From: Octopus vulgaris
Taxonomy: Eukaryota
Reading direction: 5' to 3'
DNA length: 64,000 nucleotides
NCBI GenBank assembly: GCA_951406725.2
Contig: OX597816.1
Location: 1,364,001-1,428,000, forward strand
Position 1 is the first letter of the stretch. Every line of letters starts with the position of its first letter. Position numbers and translations under genes: made by a program. The notes beneath the pieces were generated by a model. That model was not told the origin of the DNA, did not search any database, and saw nothing but the letters and a program-made list of their open reading frames with translations. Below, piece after piece: positions 51,692 through 63,171 of this stretch.

Positions 51692-52976
51692 CTATAAACC
51701 CTGAGCTTTCTGCTCAGTGATGAAGGGTTATAGAGTATGAAAGAAGGGCCCAGAGTAAAACAAGTTTCTTGTTGTAGAGGGGTCACATGGTTGGTCATAT
51801 TTTAGAAGAGAAGGTGGGAGTGGTTGGGGTCGAATTAGAAAGGGATAAAAATAAGGGTCAACTGGGTGGACTTTCAGGGTAGAAAGTGATTACAAGTGTG
51901 AGTGGGGGGAGGTTGTAAGGGTATTTGGGAGAAGGGGGTGAATGTAGGGAACAAGGTTTGAGAGGATTATGGGAGGTAGGGAAGGGTAGGTGACAACTAT
52001 AGAGATGCAATGCAGTAAATGGTGAGTAAGTGGGGTGAACAATGATGATTGGGGTGGGAAAATGGCAGAATAGTAATGATGATACAAGAGAGAAAGGAAG
52101 AAAAGAGAGAAAGAGGAAGAAGAGAGAGAGAGAGAGAGATAGGGGGAGAGTGAGTGATAAATGCTAAAATTTTAATTTTCTTTATTGCCACTTGGGTTTG
52201 ATAGACATTAAGCTTTATCCCCAATACCCCAGCTAATCCTTTATATTTCAAGCCCTTAGCTCATATTACTACAACTAATGACACACTATTTCCATTGCTT
52301 GTGTAATTCTGTTCTACATGACAGAGTTGGATTTCTTTAAGTTTCAATAATTATTAACCACAAACATCTAATGAACATATGATTTTTTTTTTGGTTTAAA
52401 TTAAGAACAAAATTATATTCATTTGAGATTATTAAAAGTTTATATCCAACAAAAATAAAGACTGTTCGGTCAACAATAATCTGGGTTCAAACAGATCAAA
52501 CCTCAGTGTATGGGGTTAAAGGAGTCTATTGAAAGGATTAAACTTTGTGATACATCATCATCAGGACCATGATCACCACCACCACCTAATGTCCACTAGT
52601 GTCCATTTTTTTCCATGTTTGCATGAGTCAGAATTTGTTGAGATGCATTTTCTACAGCTTGATGCCCTTCCTGTTGCCAACCTTAACTTATTTCACAGTA
52701 AGGCTATATTCCATGATGGCTGCAGAAAAATCTACCTTGAGCACAGAAGAATTATAATGATGATGAATGAATGATGATGATGATGAATTATATCTAGAAC
52801 ATAAGTTTCCTACCAGTCAATGAATAATAAACAGTTAAGTTAGGACATCTATAGTTGCAGCATATATATATATATATAACGGGAAGCTTTATGAAGATAG
52901 ACAAAAGACGAAGGCAGGTGGAAAACAAACGAACAATTGTATTAGTATGGCGCTCAGGAAATATAAATAAAACAAG

Positions 52977-53014
52977 TCTTTAACGTTTCGAGCCTACGCT
53001 CTTCAACAGAAAGA
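52977..53014 (-). ncRNA. Minimal type-I hammerhead motif, variant core CUGUUGA
   Basis: TCTTT-CTGTTGA-A-GAGC-gtag-GCTC-GAAA-CGTT-AAAGA. Confidence 0.75.
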
Positions 53015-53142
53015 TACACAGAGAGAAAAAAAACAAATATATATAACGGGAAGGTTTACGAAAATAAACAAAAGATGAAGGCAGGTGGAGTACAAACAAA
53101 CAAATGCATTAGTATGGCGCTCAGGAATAGAAATAGAAAAAG

Positions 53143-53180
53143 TCTTTTACGTTTTGAGCCTACACTCTTCAACAGAAAGA
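53143..53180 (-). ncRNA. Second tandem hammerhead motif (GAAA changed to AAAA)
   Basis: TCTTT-CTGTTGA-A-GAGT-gtag-GCTC-AAAA-CGTA-AAAGA. Confidence 0.6.
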
Positions 53181-54339
53181 TACATAGAAAAAAACAAGGA
53201 GAGAAAAAAATGCGTGTAGGAGCTAACGATCTAACATGGCGTTCTGACTGAGGACAGTGGTCAGGGGAGATAACAGGGTCAAGTGACTTCCAAAACGAAG
53301 GTGCCCCCAACACAAAGGTACGTGTGTGTATAAGAGAGTATGTATGTGCGTGTGAAAGAGGGCTGGTGGTCTGGACGTGTGTATGTATGTATGTGTGGGT
53401 GTGAGGATGGGTGTGTAGGTGGTGTGTTGTGATGTGATATGTGTATGTATGTATAGGTGTAAAGATGTGAGGATGGGTGTGTGCTGTGGGTGGTATGTTG
53501 TGATGTGTAATGTTGTATGGTGTAGTGTAGTGTGTTGTGGGGAGGTGGTGGAGGCGAGAGTGAAGAAAGCCCAGGTGGGGTGTGGGTTCGGCTGGGGGTT
53601 GGGGTAGAGTGGTGGTCGTGGGGGAGGAGATGAGGGGGAGAGGGGAGGATGAGGGGGAGTGGGAGGGGAGAGAAGGGGAGTGAGGGAGCAGAGAGAAGGG
53701 GAAGAGGGAAGAAGGAAAGAGAGTAGGGGTGAAAAGATGAAGGACTGAAGAGAAGTAGGAGTCAGGGGAGGTTAGATGAAAAGGGGGGAGAGTTGAGCCC
53801 AAATGGCGTAAAAGAGCGAAGAGAGAAGATTAATCCCTGTTCACGGCGCAAGCGGGAATCCGGATGGCCTCTGTGCAAGGACAATCCGAACACAGACAGG
53901 TGTTGCAAGGAGTGTCACTGGCGAGGCGGATGTCTCGGAGGTGTTCTGCGAACCGGTCAGCCAAGTGGCGTCCCATTTGTCCAATGTACAGGGAATGGCA
54001 GAGAGAGCAGGAGATGCAATAGATAATATTGCTGGAGGTGCAGGTGAAGGAGTCGATGATGCGATAGGGTCGATGATGGGTGCCAGTGAGGAGGGTGGTG
54101 TTGGAGAGGTAAGGGCAAAAGTGGCAACGTGGGCAGGAGCAGGGGAACAAGCCAGGTTGGGAGGTAAGGTCAGGGAAGAAGCTGTGGACCAAGAGGTCTC
54201 GTAGGTTATGGGCTCGTTTGAAGGAGGGGAGGGGTCGGTTAGGGAAGAGGTGTGAAGTGGACGGGTCGGACTGGAGATGCTGGAAAGCTCGAAGAATGGT
54301 GCGTTGGAGAGGTAGGGTGGTGGGGTGGTAAGTGAGCGG

Positions 54340-56655
54340 ACCATCATGGTTATCTTATCTCTGGTTCTGAATGTTCTTACTATCCATCCAGCCAGTCGTC
54401 TGCACTTTGTCGCCATCCTGGTAATGTGCACCTGGAAAGAGGTATCATCACTCATGTCGATACCCAGGTCCCTCACTGACTTAGGCTCTGGGATTGAAAT
54501 TCCCTGTGGACTGGTGTACCCTGTAAGTTTAATATTCAGTTTTGGATGCTGGTAGCACAGGGCCTGGAATTTTTCAGCATTAAACTGCATATTATTATCC
54601 TCAGCCCATCTGTAGATTGAGTCAAACTCCTGCTGCAGGTGTGCAACATCACTGGGGTTCTGTATTTTCTGCGAGACTTTCGTATCGTCTGCATAGCTTG
54701 CCAGAGTGGCTATCCGGGCATATCTGAGAGGGCCACTATAAAAAGCAGTGGTCCCAAGACAGTGCCCTGTGGAACACCGCTCACTATTTGTGTGTTCATA
54801 GAGGTGGCTCCATTAACCACTACTGCCTGACTCCTATCTTTCAGGAAGTCATGTAACCACACTCCAAGTTTTCCAGCTATGCTGAGGTCACGTGGTTTGT
54901 GATATATCATATCATGATCCACCTTGTCAAAAGCTTTTGCAAAATCAAGGTAGATTACGTCCACATTTGATTTGTTGAGTAACTGCCTCAACACCCAGTC
55001 ATAATGTTGTAAGAGCTGGGTCAGGCAGCTCCTACCTGGTCGAAAACCATGCTGGGTATCATTCAGCAAGTTATTTTCCTCAAGGAATGCGATTAGTTTC
55101 TTTCTGACTGTCCATTCCATGACTTTGCTGATGTGTGAAGTCAGAGAGATAGGCCTATAGTTTTTGGCATCTGCTCTACTTCCCCCTTTGGGCATATTAT
55201 TCCCTCCTTCAGCTTGCTTGGCAGTTTGCCATTTGTAAGAAAGCTCTGGAAGAGAATCTTGAGGGGTTTTGCCAGGGCATGCTTACATGCTTTGAGGAGG
55301 ATTGCTGGGAAAACATCAGGACCAGCAGTTGAGTTTGTGTCCGCTTCATCTATGGCTAGTAGGACATCTTCTTTGCTAATGTCAATATATTCTATTGTAA
55401 CTGCCTCGCTTGTTATAGGTGAGGCGGCAAAGAAGTCCACTGGTTCGTTCACTTGTCTGTGTTCCAGCGGGGTGGGAAAGACACTTTTGAACTGGTCATT
55501 CAGTATCTCACTGATCTTAGTTGAACTGTCTGTGAGGGAGCCATACTTTTGGAGGAGGGGTCCTATCTTGTAGTGTACCGAGACTGTTTCTTTCGCATAA
55601 TGAAAGAAGGCCTTTGGGTTTGATTTAATGTTTTTTATAACCCAGGCTTCTTTGTCTGCTTTCTCCTTCACATAGGATTGTTGCAGCCTTTTTTTCGATC
55701 TCCATCAGTGTTGTTTTTAGGCGGGACGTTTCGCTACTTTTGGGATGTTGGTTGAGTCAATTTGCAACCTTCGTCCGTCGTCTCATGAGGATCTCCCTGT
55801 CTCTTGGAATCTTGCTCCTATTTGTTTTGGCCTTGCGCTCTGGGACATATTTCTGGCATACGGCTTGCACAGAAGACATGAAACATTCTAGTTTCATGTC
55901 AATGTCTGGTGTGGAGAGACATTCCGGCCAGTCCTCTCTGAGGATCTCTTCTTGGATCGATTTCCAATCTGCTTTGTGGAAGTTCAGATTGGAGAGATTT
56001 CGGGTGCTTCCTTTAGGCTGTATGTCTCTGGTTACTTTCGGCCCAAACATTGACAGCTCTATTATGTTGTGATCCGAAACTAATGTCGATGTCACTTTCA
56101 CATCATGAATGATGTCCATATTGTTCATGAAGCAGAGATTCAGAATGTTATTCGCCCTAGTTGGTTTGAGTAGAACTTGCTCCATGAATAAGGCATTGGT
56201 GAGGTTGAGCAGGGACTCCACCTGTACTTGCTTGCAATGATACATTCCTGAGAGTATGTGACCTTCGGGCCATTTGACGTTGGGAAAGTTGAAATCACCC
56301 ATAAGAAATATGGTCATGTGGTGTTCCAGATTCATGAGGATTTCTTTCATTCTTGTGAGGCAATCTTCAAACTTGCCTATGTGATTTGGAGCATCCGGTG
56401 GGCAATATGTATTGCATATGACTATATTATGTTGTCTTATGTATACAATTAAAGTGTCACATACCGAATTTGAGTGTCAGTAAGACCTGGGGTGTGAGGT
56501 CATCTTGGATGTATACAGCAACTCCACCATGGCTCCTTTCCCGTCTGTCTGTTCGCAGTATGGCATAGTTTGGTATGTGTACTTCTGCGTCCTCTATATC
56601 AAGGTTGAGGTGAGTTTCCACGAGTGCTATGCATAGGGCTTGATTGCATGAAGTA
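54340..56655 (-). mobile_element. CR1-group LINE ORF2 (APE + RT), decayed; same family as 16437-17918
   Basis: IALVETHL, GGVAVYI, LMGDFNFP, SDHNII, NYRPISLTSH, YLDFAKAFDKVDH, GVPQGTVLGPLLF; several frameshifts; 3' end replaced by Penelope. Confidence 0.93.
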
Positions 56656-56661
56656 TTGCAT

Positions 56662-56752
56662 TGCCCGCAGAGGGACTTGAACCTGCGACCCTCAGATCAC
56701 TTCAATGCAATTAAGATATCCGTAAAAGTCTGATGCTCTACTGACTGAGCAA
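56662..56752 (-). pseudogene. Intron-containing tRNA-Lys(UUU) remnant
   Basis: GCTCAGTCAGTAGAGCATCAGACTTTTA[25-nt intron 56698-56722]ATCTGAGGGTCGCAGGTTCAAGTCCCTCTGCGGGCA matches eukaryotic tRNA-Lys-TTT; 5' acceptor strand missing and T-stem mismatched. Confidence 0.85.
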
Positions 56753-56838
56753 TGTAGAAAATTTCATTAAAAGATATTCGTTTTTCTGAAAGTTATGAGG
56801 AAACAAATTTGGGGTGGGGGTACACATCTGTAGGAAAG

Positions 56839-56908
<70 letters not shown>

Positions 56909-56912
<4 letters not shown>

Positions 56913-57109
56913 ACCTCGTGTGTTCCATTGGCGATTTTTTTCTCTCTGTCTTCCCTTCTCTGGATCTTTCCTTCTCCTATGTTTCCGACGAAGAGCTCCG
57001 CTCGAAACGTTAAACCCTCTTTCTTTCCTTCCTTCATGAACGTCCAATAATACTATATTTGTTCCACGTCCTCGCGTTGTTGTGTTTTTTTAAGCTTTCT
57101 TGTTTGGAT

Positions 57110-57113
<4 letters not shown>
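56909..57113 (+). mobile_element. Solo Penelope pLTR-like repeat within (TA)n
   Basis: About 200-bp unit between TA runs; similar layout to the 52874-53210 repeats; contains an HHR motif. Confidence 0.65.
56981..57015 (+). ncRNA. Minimal type-I hammerhead motif, core CCGACGA
   Basis: GTTT-CCGACGA-A-GAGC-tcc-GCTC-GAAA-CGTT-AAAC. Confidence 0.7.
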
Positions 57114-57157
<44 letters not shown>

Positions 57158-57210
57158 CTTTTTTAGTTTCAGCTCAGAGCTGCGGCCATGCTGATGCACC
57201 GCCATATATG

Positions 57211-57243
<33 letters not shown>

Positions 57244-57599
57244 CTGTATATATATAATATAATATAAGAAAACAGATTAAAAATATATTATGGAGACTCA
57301 ATTTATTTGTATCACAATAAGAACATAGCAAATAGTTTGATCTATCTATCTATCTATCTATCTATCTATATGTGTGGGTGTGTGTATGTATATATGGATC
57401 AAAACTGTTTTGATCCTTACATGTAACTCCCAATAAATTGGTTGAGTGCCCTTCTTTCGTTTGTCCACACACCCTTGTATATATATATGTATATAGGTGG
57501 AGCTATTGATTTAGTCATGGCCTGGGCCAATAATGACCGAACCAATCTAAGTTATGTGTGTGTTGTGTGTGTGTATGTATGTATGTATGTATATATATA

Positions 57600-58210
57600 T
57601 CATCATCATCATCGTTTAACGTCCGCTTTCCATGCTACCATGGGTTGGACGGTTCAACTGGGGTCTGGGAAGCCCGAAGGCTGCACCAGGCCAGTCAGAT
57701 CTGGCAGTGTTTCTACCTTCCTAACGCCAACCACTCCGTGAGTGTAGTGGGTGCTTTTTATGTGCCACCGACACAGGTGCCAGATGAGGCTGGCGAACGG
57801 CCACGCTCGGATGGTGCTTTTTACGTGCCACCGGCATGGAGGCCAGTCGATGCGGTGCTGGCTATGGCCACGTTCGGATGGTTCTCTTACGTGCCACCGG
57901 CACTGGTATCACAACTACAAATTCCATTGATGTTGATTGATTTCGATTTGATTTTTTGATTTTCTGATTTTCACTTGCCTCAACAGGTCTTCACAAGTAG
58001 AATTATGTGTCCCAAGAAGAGGGAAGGTATGCACAGGTGGACTGACTATGTCCCAGGTAGGGGCCATGGGTTATGGCCTCACTTGTCTTGCTGGGTCTTC
58101 TCACGCACAGCATACTTCCAAAGGTCTCGGTCTCTGGTCATTTCCTCGGTGAGACCTAAAGTGCAAAGGTCGTGCTTCACCACCTCGTTCCAGGTTTTCC
58201 TGGGTCTACC
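57600..58210 (-). mobile_element. RTE 3' end (last codons, 3' UTR, (GAT)n tail)
   Basis: GRPRKTWNEVVKHDL...DLWKYAVREKTQQDK* followed by the UTR repeats. Confidence 0.9.
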
Positions 58211-58482
58211 GAGTGTATGTATGCATACATACATACACACATGTATATATACATATATACACACACATACACATATATATGTATGTACATGAATGCGTGT
58301 ATATGCATATATAAAGTATAAAATAATCAGCAATTGTGTGTGTGTCTGTGAAACTATGTTTATAATATATTATATACAAAGTATAGCCATGAATAAAATA
58401 TAAAATTATAAGTACATATATTATATATACATATAATATAGAAACGAATATGTGTATATAAGACAATATTTATAAGCACGTT

Positions 58483-58710
58483 GGGCGGCGAGCGGGCAGA
58501 ATGGTTAGCAGGCCGGGCGAAATGCTTAGCGGTATTGCCGTTACGTTCCGAGTTCAAATTCCGCCGAGGTCGACTTTGCCTTTCATCCTTTCGGGGTCGA
58601 TAAATTAAGTACCAGTTACGCACTGGGTCGATATAATCGACTTAATACCTATGTCTGTCCTTGTTTGTCCCCTCTGTGTTTAGCCCCCACCCCTTGTGGG
58701 CAATATAGAA
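58483..58710 (+). mobile_element. tRNA-derived SINE (family 1), well preserved
   Basis: ggcggcgagcgggcagaatggttagc...gttccgagttcaaattccgccgaggtcgactttgcctttcatcctttcggggtcgataaattaagtaccag. Confidence 0.88.
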
Positions 58711-58989
58711 ATAAATATTTATATCCATGTATGTGTATTTGAGTGTGTGTGTGTGTGTGTATTATATACTGACGTATGTATGTGTCTATGTGTATGTTTG
58801 CTGTTTGTCCAGTTGAGCCCCTTTATTCAAAAAGTGGTGATCGATAAAATACCCGACCACAATAACTCCTGGGATCGATATTATCAGAGAGATACGCCAA
58901 AGTCAGGGTTTCAATACAACCAGATTCCTCTCACTGTCAACCGACGAATAAACGATAACCCCCCCACACACACACACACACATACATAT

Positions 58990-59392
58990 AGGCGTGGCAG
59001 CGTGGTAAGAAGGTTGCTTCGTAACCACGTAGTTCCGGGTTCAGTCCCACCGCGTGGCACCTTGGGCAAGGGTCCTCTACTATAGACTTAGGCTGACATA
59101 GCCTTATAAGCGGATTTGCTAGGCGGAAACCGAAAGAAGCCTGTCTTGTGTGTGTGTGTGTATATATATTTATATATATATATATAATGATATGTTCTGT
59201 AACAATATAGTAGAGTACAGTATAAAGCTCGTCCATTATTATTATTATTATTATTTTATTATTATTATTGTTGTTGTTGTGTGTGTGTGTGTAGACACGG
59301 GCGTGGCTGTGTGGTAAGAAGCTTACTTCCCAACCACATGGTTCCAGGTTCAGTCCCACTGCATGGTATCCTAGATAGGTGTCTTCTACTAT
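58990..59392 (+). mobile_element. Two family-2 SINE heads
   Basis: ggcgtggc...gggttcagtcccac at 58991 and 59300. Confidence 0.75.
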
Positions 59393-59500
59393 AAAAATGG
59401 GACTCAAAATATACTTTTTATTAATATTCAGAAGTAACAAACGCACGAAATTCTCGGACCTCGAGTCACTGTTACTTCTGCGGAATACATACATATATAC

Positions 59501-59550
<50 letters not shown>

Positions 59551-59604
59551 CATTTTATATATATATATCATTCGGATTAGCGCTTGCTCCCATTCTAGTG
59601 GGTT

Positions 59605-59649
<45 letters not shown>

Positions 59650-60002
59650 GTGTGTGTGTGTGTGTGTGTATATAAAATATAGAGAGGTGTGTTTACAGTT
59701 TGGTGGTGTCGAACCTTGTGAAAAATTGAAAAGTGCCTATATTTTAATGACATTTTATAGAAATACGTTTCCGAGTATCGATCACATTCTATTGTTGATG
59801 CTTTAGATGTATAAATATGACAAAAATAATAATTGTAAAAACCCTAAGTTCGTTACCGAGTTGGGTCGGTAGAGCAATCTGAAACTCTATCCATCAGCAA
59901 ATTATTTTTAAAATGTTTATCAACATTATTTTAATCTACATAGTCAGAAACATAGGTCTGTTAAGAAATACACCTGAATGAGGCACTAATTTGTAATTAT
60001 GC

Positions 60003-60052
<50 letters not shown>

Positions 60053-60099
60053 TACTTAAGTTAAAGGCACCAGAATTTGGTATGGCATTATCCATATAA

Positions 60100-60176
60100 A
60101 TCAAAATAAGCAACAAGGATATCCAAAGGTATCTATTTCTACACTACCTTTGGATATCCTTGTTGCTTATTTTGAT
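60100..60176. repeat. Perfect 32-bp inverted repeat with 13-nt loop
   Basis: atcaaaataagcaacaaggatatccaaaggta / tacctttggatatccttgttgcttattttgat. Confidence 0.95.
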
Positions 60177-60258
60177 ATATATATATATATATATATATAT
60201 ACACTATTAATAATATATATATATTATTAATAATATATATATATATATTATTAATTAT

Positions 60259-60292
60259 ATATTCTTGTGATGGTTTTGCAGCTAATAATAAA

Positions 60293-60326
<34 letters not shown>

Positions 60327-60391
60327 TTATAACACACACTAATATATACACACACACTTTATTATTAGCTGCAAAACCATCACAAGAATAT
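60259..60391. repeat. Perfect 50-bp inverted repeat around (TA)n
   Basis: 60259-60308 is the reverse complement of 60342-60391. Confidence 0.92.
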
Positions 60392-60487
60392 CACAATAAA
60401 CTTCAAGGAGTTTCACGTTCCCGTGTATACATATATATACATACATATACATGTATGTACGTATGTATTTCCGTGTATATGTATATA

Positions 60488-60518
<31 letters not shown>

Positions 60519-61004
60519 AGGCACAATCATTGTATGTATGGATGTGTGTTTGTGTGTGTGTAGACGTGGGTCAGTAAAATTTGTTAAAAAGTTAAATTGA
60601 CTGTTGTTTTTTTTTGTTTTTCCTGCATTATGAATATTTGCCATACAATAAAGATCAATCAGTCCAACATGAGAGCAATATTTTGTGAATTGATTGAATG
60701 AGGAATAGAAACGACAAACCGGGGAGAGAGAGAGAGAGAGAGAGAAGAAGTCAGTCTCTCGCCAAACTTCTAATTTCCCAACCAGAACACACACACACAC
60801 ACACACAGGCTTTTATTACTACACCCGTCTCCCTCCCTCCCTCCCCCACTCCCTCACACAAACTTTTCTTCCCCCATCTTTCTCTCCTTCTTCTCTTTCT
60901 ACCGTTCTCCCCCTCTCTCCTTACCTGTCTATATATACACCCAGTCACACACGCACACAAACCTTTTCTCTCACAAACTCTCAGTCTGTCTGTCTGTCTC
61001 TTTC

Positions 61005-61390
61005 TATGTATGTATGTGTGTGTGTATGTGTGTGTATGTATGTATGTATGTATGTATGTATGTATGTATGTATGTATGTATGTATGTATGTGTGTGTATG
61101 TATGTATGTATGTATGTGTGTATGTATGTATGTATGTATGTATGTATGTGTGTGTATGTATGTATGTATGTATGTGTGTATGTATGTATGTATGTATGTA
61201 TGTGTGTATGTATGTATGTATGTATGTATGTATGTATGTATGTATGTATGTGTGTATGTATGTGTGTGTATGTATGTATGTATGTGTGTATGTATGTATG
61301 TATGTATGTCTGTGTATGTGTGTGTATGTATGTATGTCTGTGTATGTGTCGTATGTGTCGTATGTGTATGTGTATGTATGTGTGTGTGTA
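61005..61390. repeat. (TATG/TG)n microsatellite
   Basis: Read directly; explains the overlapping CMYV/HTYI ORFs. Confidence 0.95.
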
Positions 61391-61723
61391 CACACACATC
61401 TATCTATCTATCATCTCTCTGTCTGTCTGTCTATTTATCTCTCTCTCTCACGCACAACCGCAATTATAAATGGTTGTAGAAGAAAAATTAATTTTCTTCT
61501 CGCTTATAAACCATAAATTGAAAGCGGAAAATCACTCAGTAACCAGAATCGTGATATTTTAAAACGTGGAATCGAAATAAATAAATAAATAAAATAAAAA
61601 TAAAATAATGATAAATATATAAATAAAAATTTCGAAAAATTTACAAATCTAGACTTAGGCTGCGTGGTAAGAAACTTGATTCCCAACCACATGGATCCGG
61701 GTTCAGTCCGGCTTAACTGCATG

Positions 61724-61875
61724 CAGGGCCGGCTTAAGGTACTGGCAACTCGAACAGTCGCTTGGGGCGCCATGCACTTCAGTTTTTCTCCTTGTGAAAG
61801 TTTTTAAAAATTATACATATAAGGTCGCCGAAGATCAGATTGCCCGGGGCACCAGCAACCCTAGGACCAGCCCCG
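61724..61875. mobile_element. hAT-type MITE inserted in a family-2 SINE
   Basis: Termini CAGGGCCGG / CCAGCCCCG with perfect 8-bp TSD ACTGCATG (61716-61723, 61876-61883). Confidence 0.85.
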
Positions 61876-61979
61876 ACTGCATGGCACCTTGGGCAACTGT
61901 CTTCTACGGTAGCCTTAGGCCAACCAACGCCTTGTGAGTAGATTTGGTAGACGGAAACTGAAACATATATATATACATA

Positions 61980-63023
61980 CAGGGGTTGGACAAAATAATG
62001 GAAACACCTAGCATCATAGCATCATAATTTTGAAATATCTGTAAAACCGTCAAAAGCTTGTTTATTTTTATGATTTTTGATTTATTATTAGTGTTGCTTA
62101 ATATGTTTTGCTAGAATTGCTGTTTCTTTTCGGATATCATCAGAAAAAGGTAATTAAAATTCATTAAAATGACAGATCTTTCGGACTTTCAAAGAGGCTG
62201 AATTGTTGGTGCTCGTATGGCAGGCGCTAGCATAAGGAAAACAGCCGAAATGTTTGGTGTATCAAGAAGTACTATCTCGAAAGTAAAGTCAGCTTTTGAG
62301 AAAGAGGGAAAAACCTCCTCGTCGAAACAAAACTCCGGAAGAAAACCAAAACTTTCAGATAGGGACCGTCGGACTCTTATGCGAATTGTAAGAAAGGATC
62401 ACAAAAGTACAGGTCCCAGAATTACTGCAGAATTTAACGACCACCTCGAGAACCAAGTTTCCATAAAAACTGTTCGCTGGAAGCTGCACAAAGCCGGATT
62501 TCATGGGAGAGCTGCAATCAGAAAGCCACTACTTTCAAAAACAAACGTTGCAATGCGTTTAGAGTGGAGTAAAAACCTACAGAATTGGTCCCTAGAGCAG
62601 TGGAAGAATGTTATTTTCTCGGACGAGTCGTCCTTTACCTTATTTCTGACCACCGGCCAAATATATGTGTGGAGACAGCCAAAAGAAGCATTTGACCCAG
62701 ACTGCCTTCTTCCAACTGTTAAACATGGAAGATCTGTGATGATCGGGAGTGGGGGCGCTATTTCTTGGAAATCCGCCGGCCCAATAGTTTCCTTTCAAGG
62801 CAGAATTAATAGTCAAGACTATTTAAGCATTTTATCTGATCAAATTCATCCTATGGTTGCGGAACTGTTTCCGGAGGGAAACGCAATCTTTCAGGATGAT
62901 AATGCACCAATTCACACAGCTAAAGTTGTTACTGAATGTCACGAGGAACATTCTAGTGAAGTTGAACATCTTATCTGGCCACCACAGTCCCCAGATCTTA
63001 ATATTATTGAACACTTATGGTGC
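61980..63023 (+). mobile_element. Tc1-like (DD34E) transposon, 3'-truncated
   Basis: TA-CAGGGGTTGGACAAAATAATGGAAACAC left TIR; no right TIR found. Confidence 0.92.
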
Positions 63024-63050
63024 TACCGAAACAGCTGTTGTGAATTTTGA
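62169..63050 (+). pseudogene. Tc1 transposase (premature stop at codon 11, C-terminus lost)
   Basis: MTDLSDFQRG*IVGARMAG..., SGRKPKL, IFSDES, FQDDNAPIH, WPPQSPDLNIIEHLW. Confidence 0.9.
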
Positions 63051-63171
63051 ACCTTACTTGTGTTTGTCTTTTATACATTCGCTACTCGTGGAACCGCTTT
63101 TGAGTAGGATATACGGTTTATAGTGAATTTGGTACGGTACCTATGTCTATATGCACGGACATACACACACA

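Larger units (their letters stand above)
52874..54340 (-). mobile_element. Penelope-like retroelement, 5'-truncated (GIY-YIG endonuclease, 3' UTR, tandem terminal repeats)
   Basis: PLTYHP...FKRAHNLRDLLVHS, CPRCHFCPY, FTCTSSNIIYCISCSLCHSLYIGQMGRHLADRFAEH, then REQGLIFSL...FGLN in a shifted frame; two ~170-bp direct repeats at 52874-53040 and 53043-53210; ends in (TA)n. Confidence 0.92.

Noticed and set aside
53056-53802. 248-aa Pro/His/Thr-rich ORF
   Set aside because: Low-complexity Penelope 3' UTR with no domain motifs.
57740-57905. CRISPR-like repeat/spacer look next to an RT
   Set aside because: Spacers are homologous to each other and recur in other RTE copies; eukaryotic context with no cas genes. 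It is a diverged tandem repeat of the LINE 3' UTR.
60698-61516. Long ORFs (272 aa, 214 aa and others)
   Set aside because: Translations of (TATG)n/(TG)n microsatellite; the same applies to ORFs at 29198-29448 and 33439-34037.
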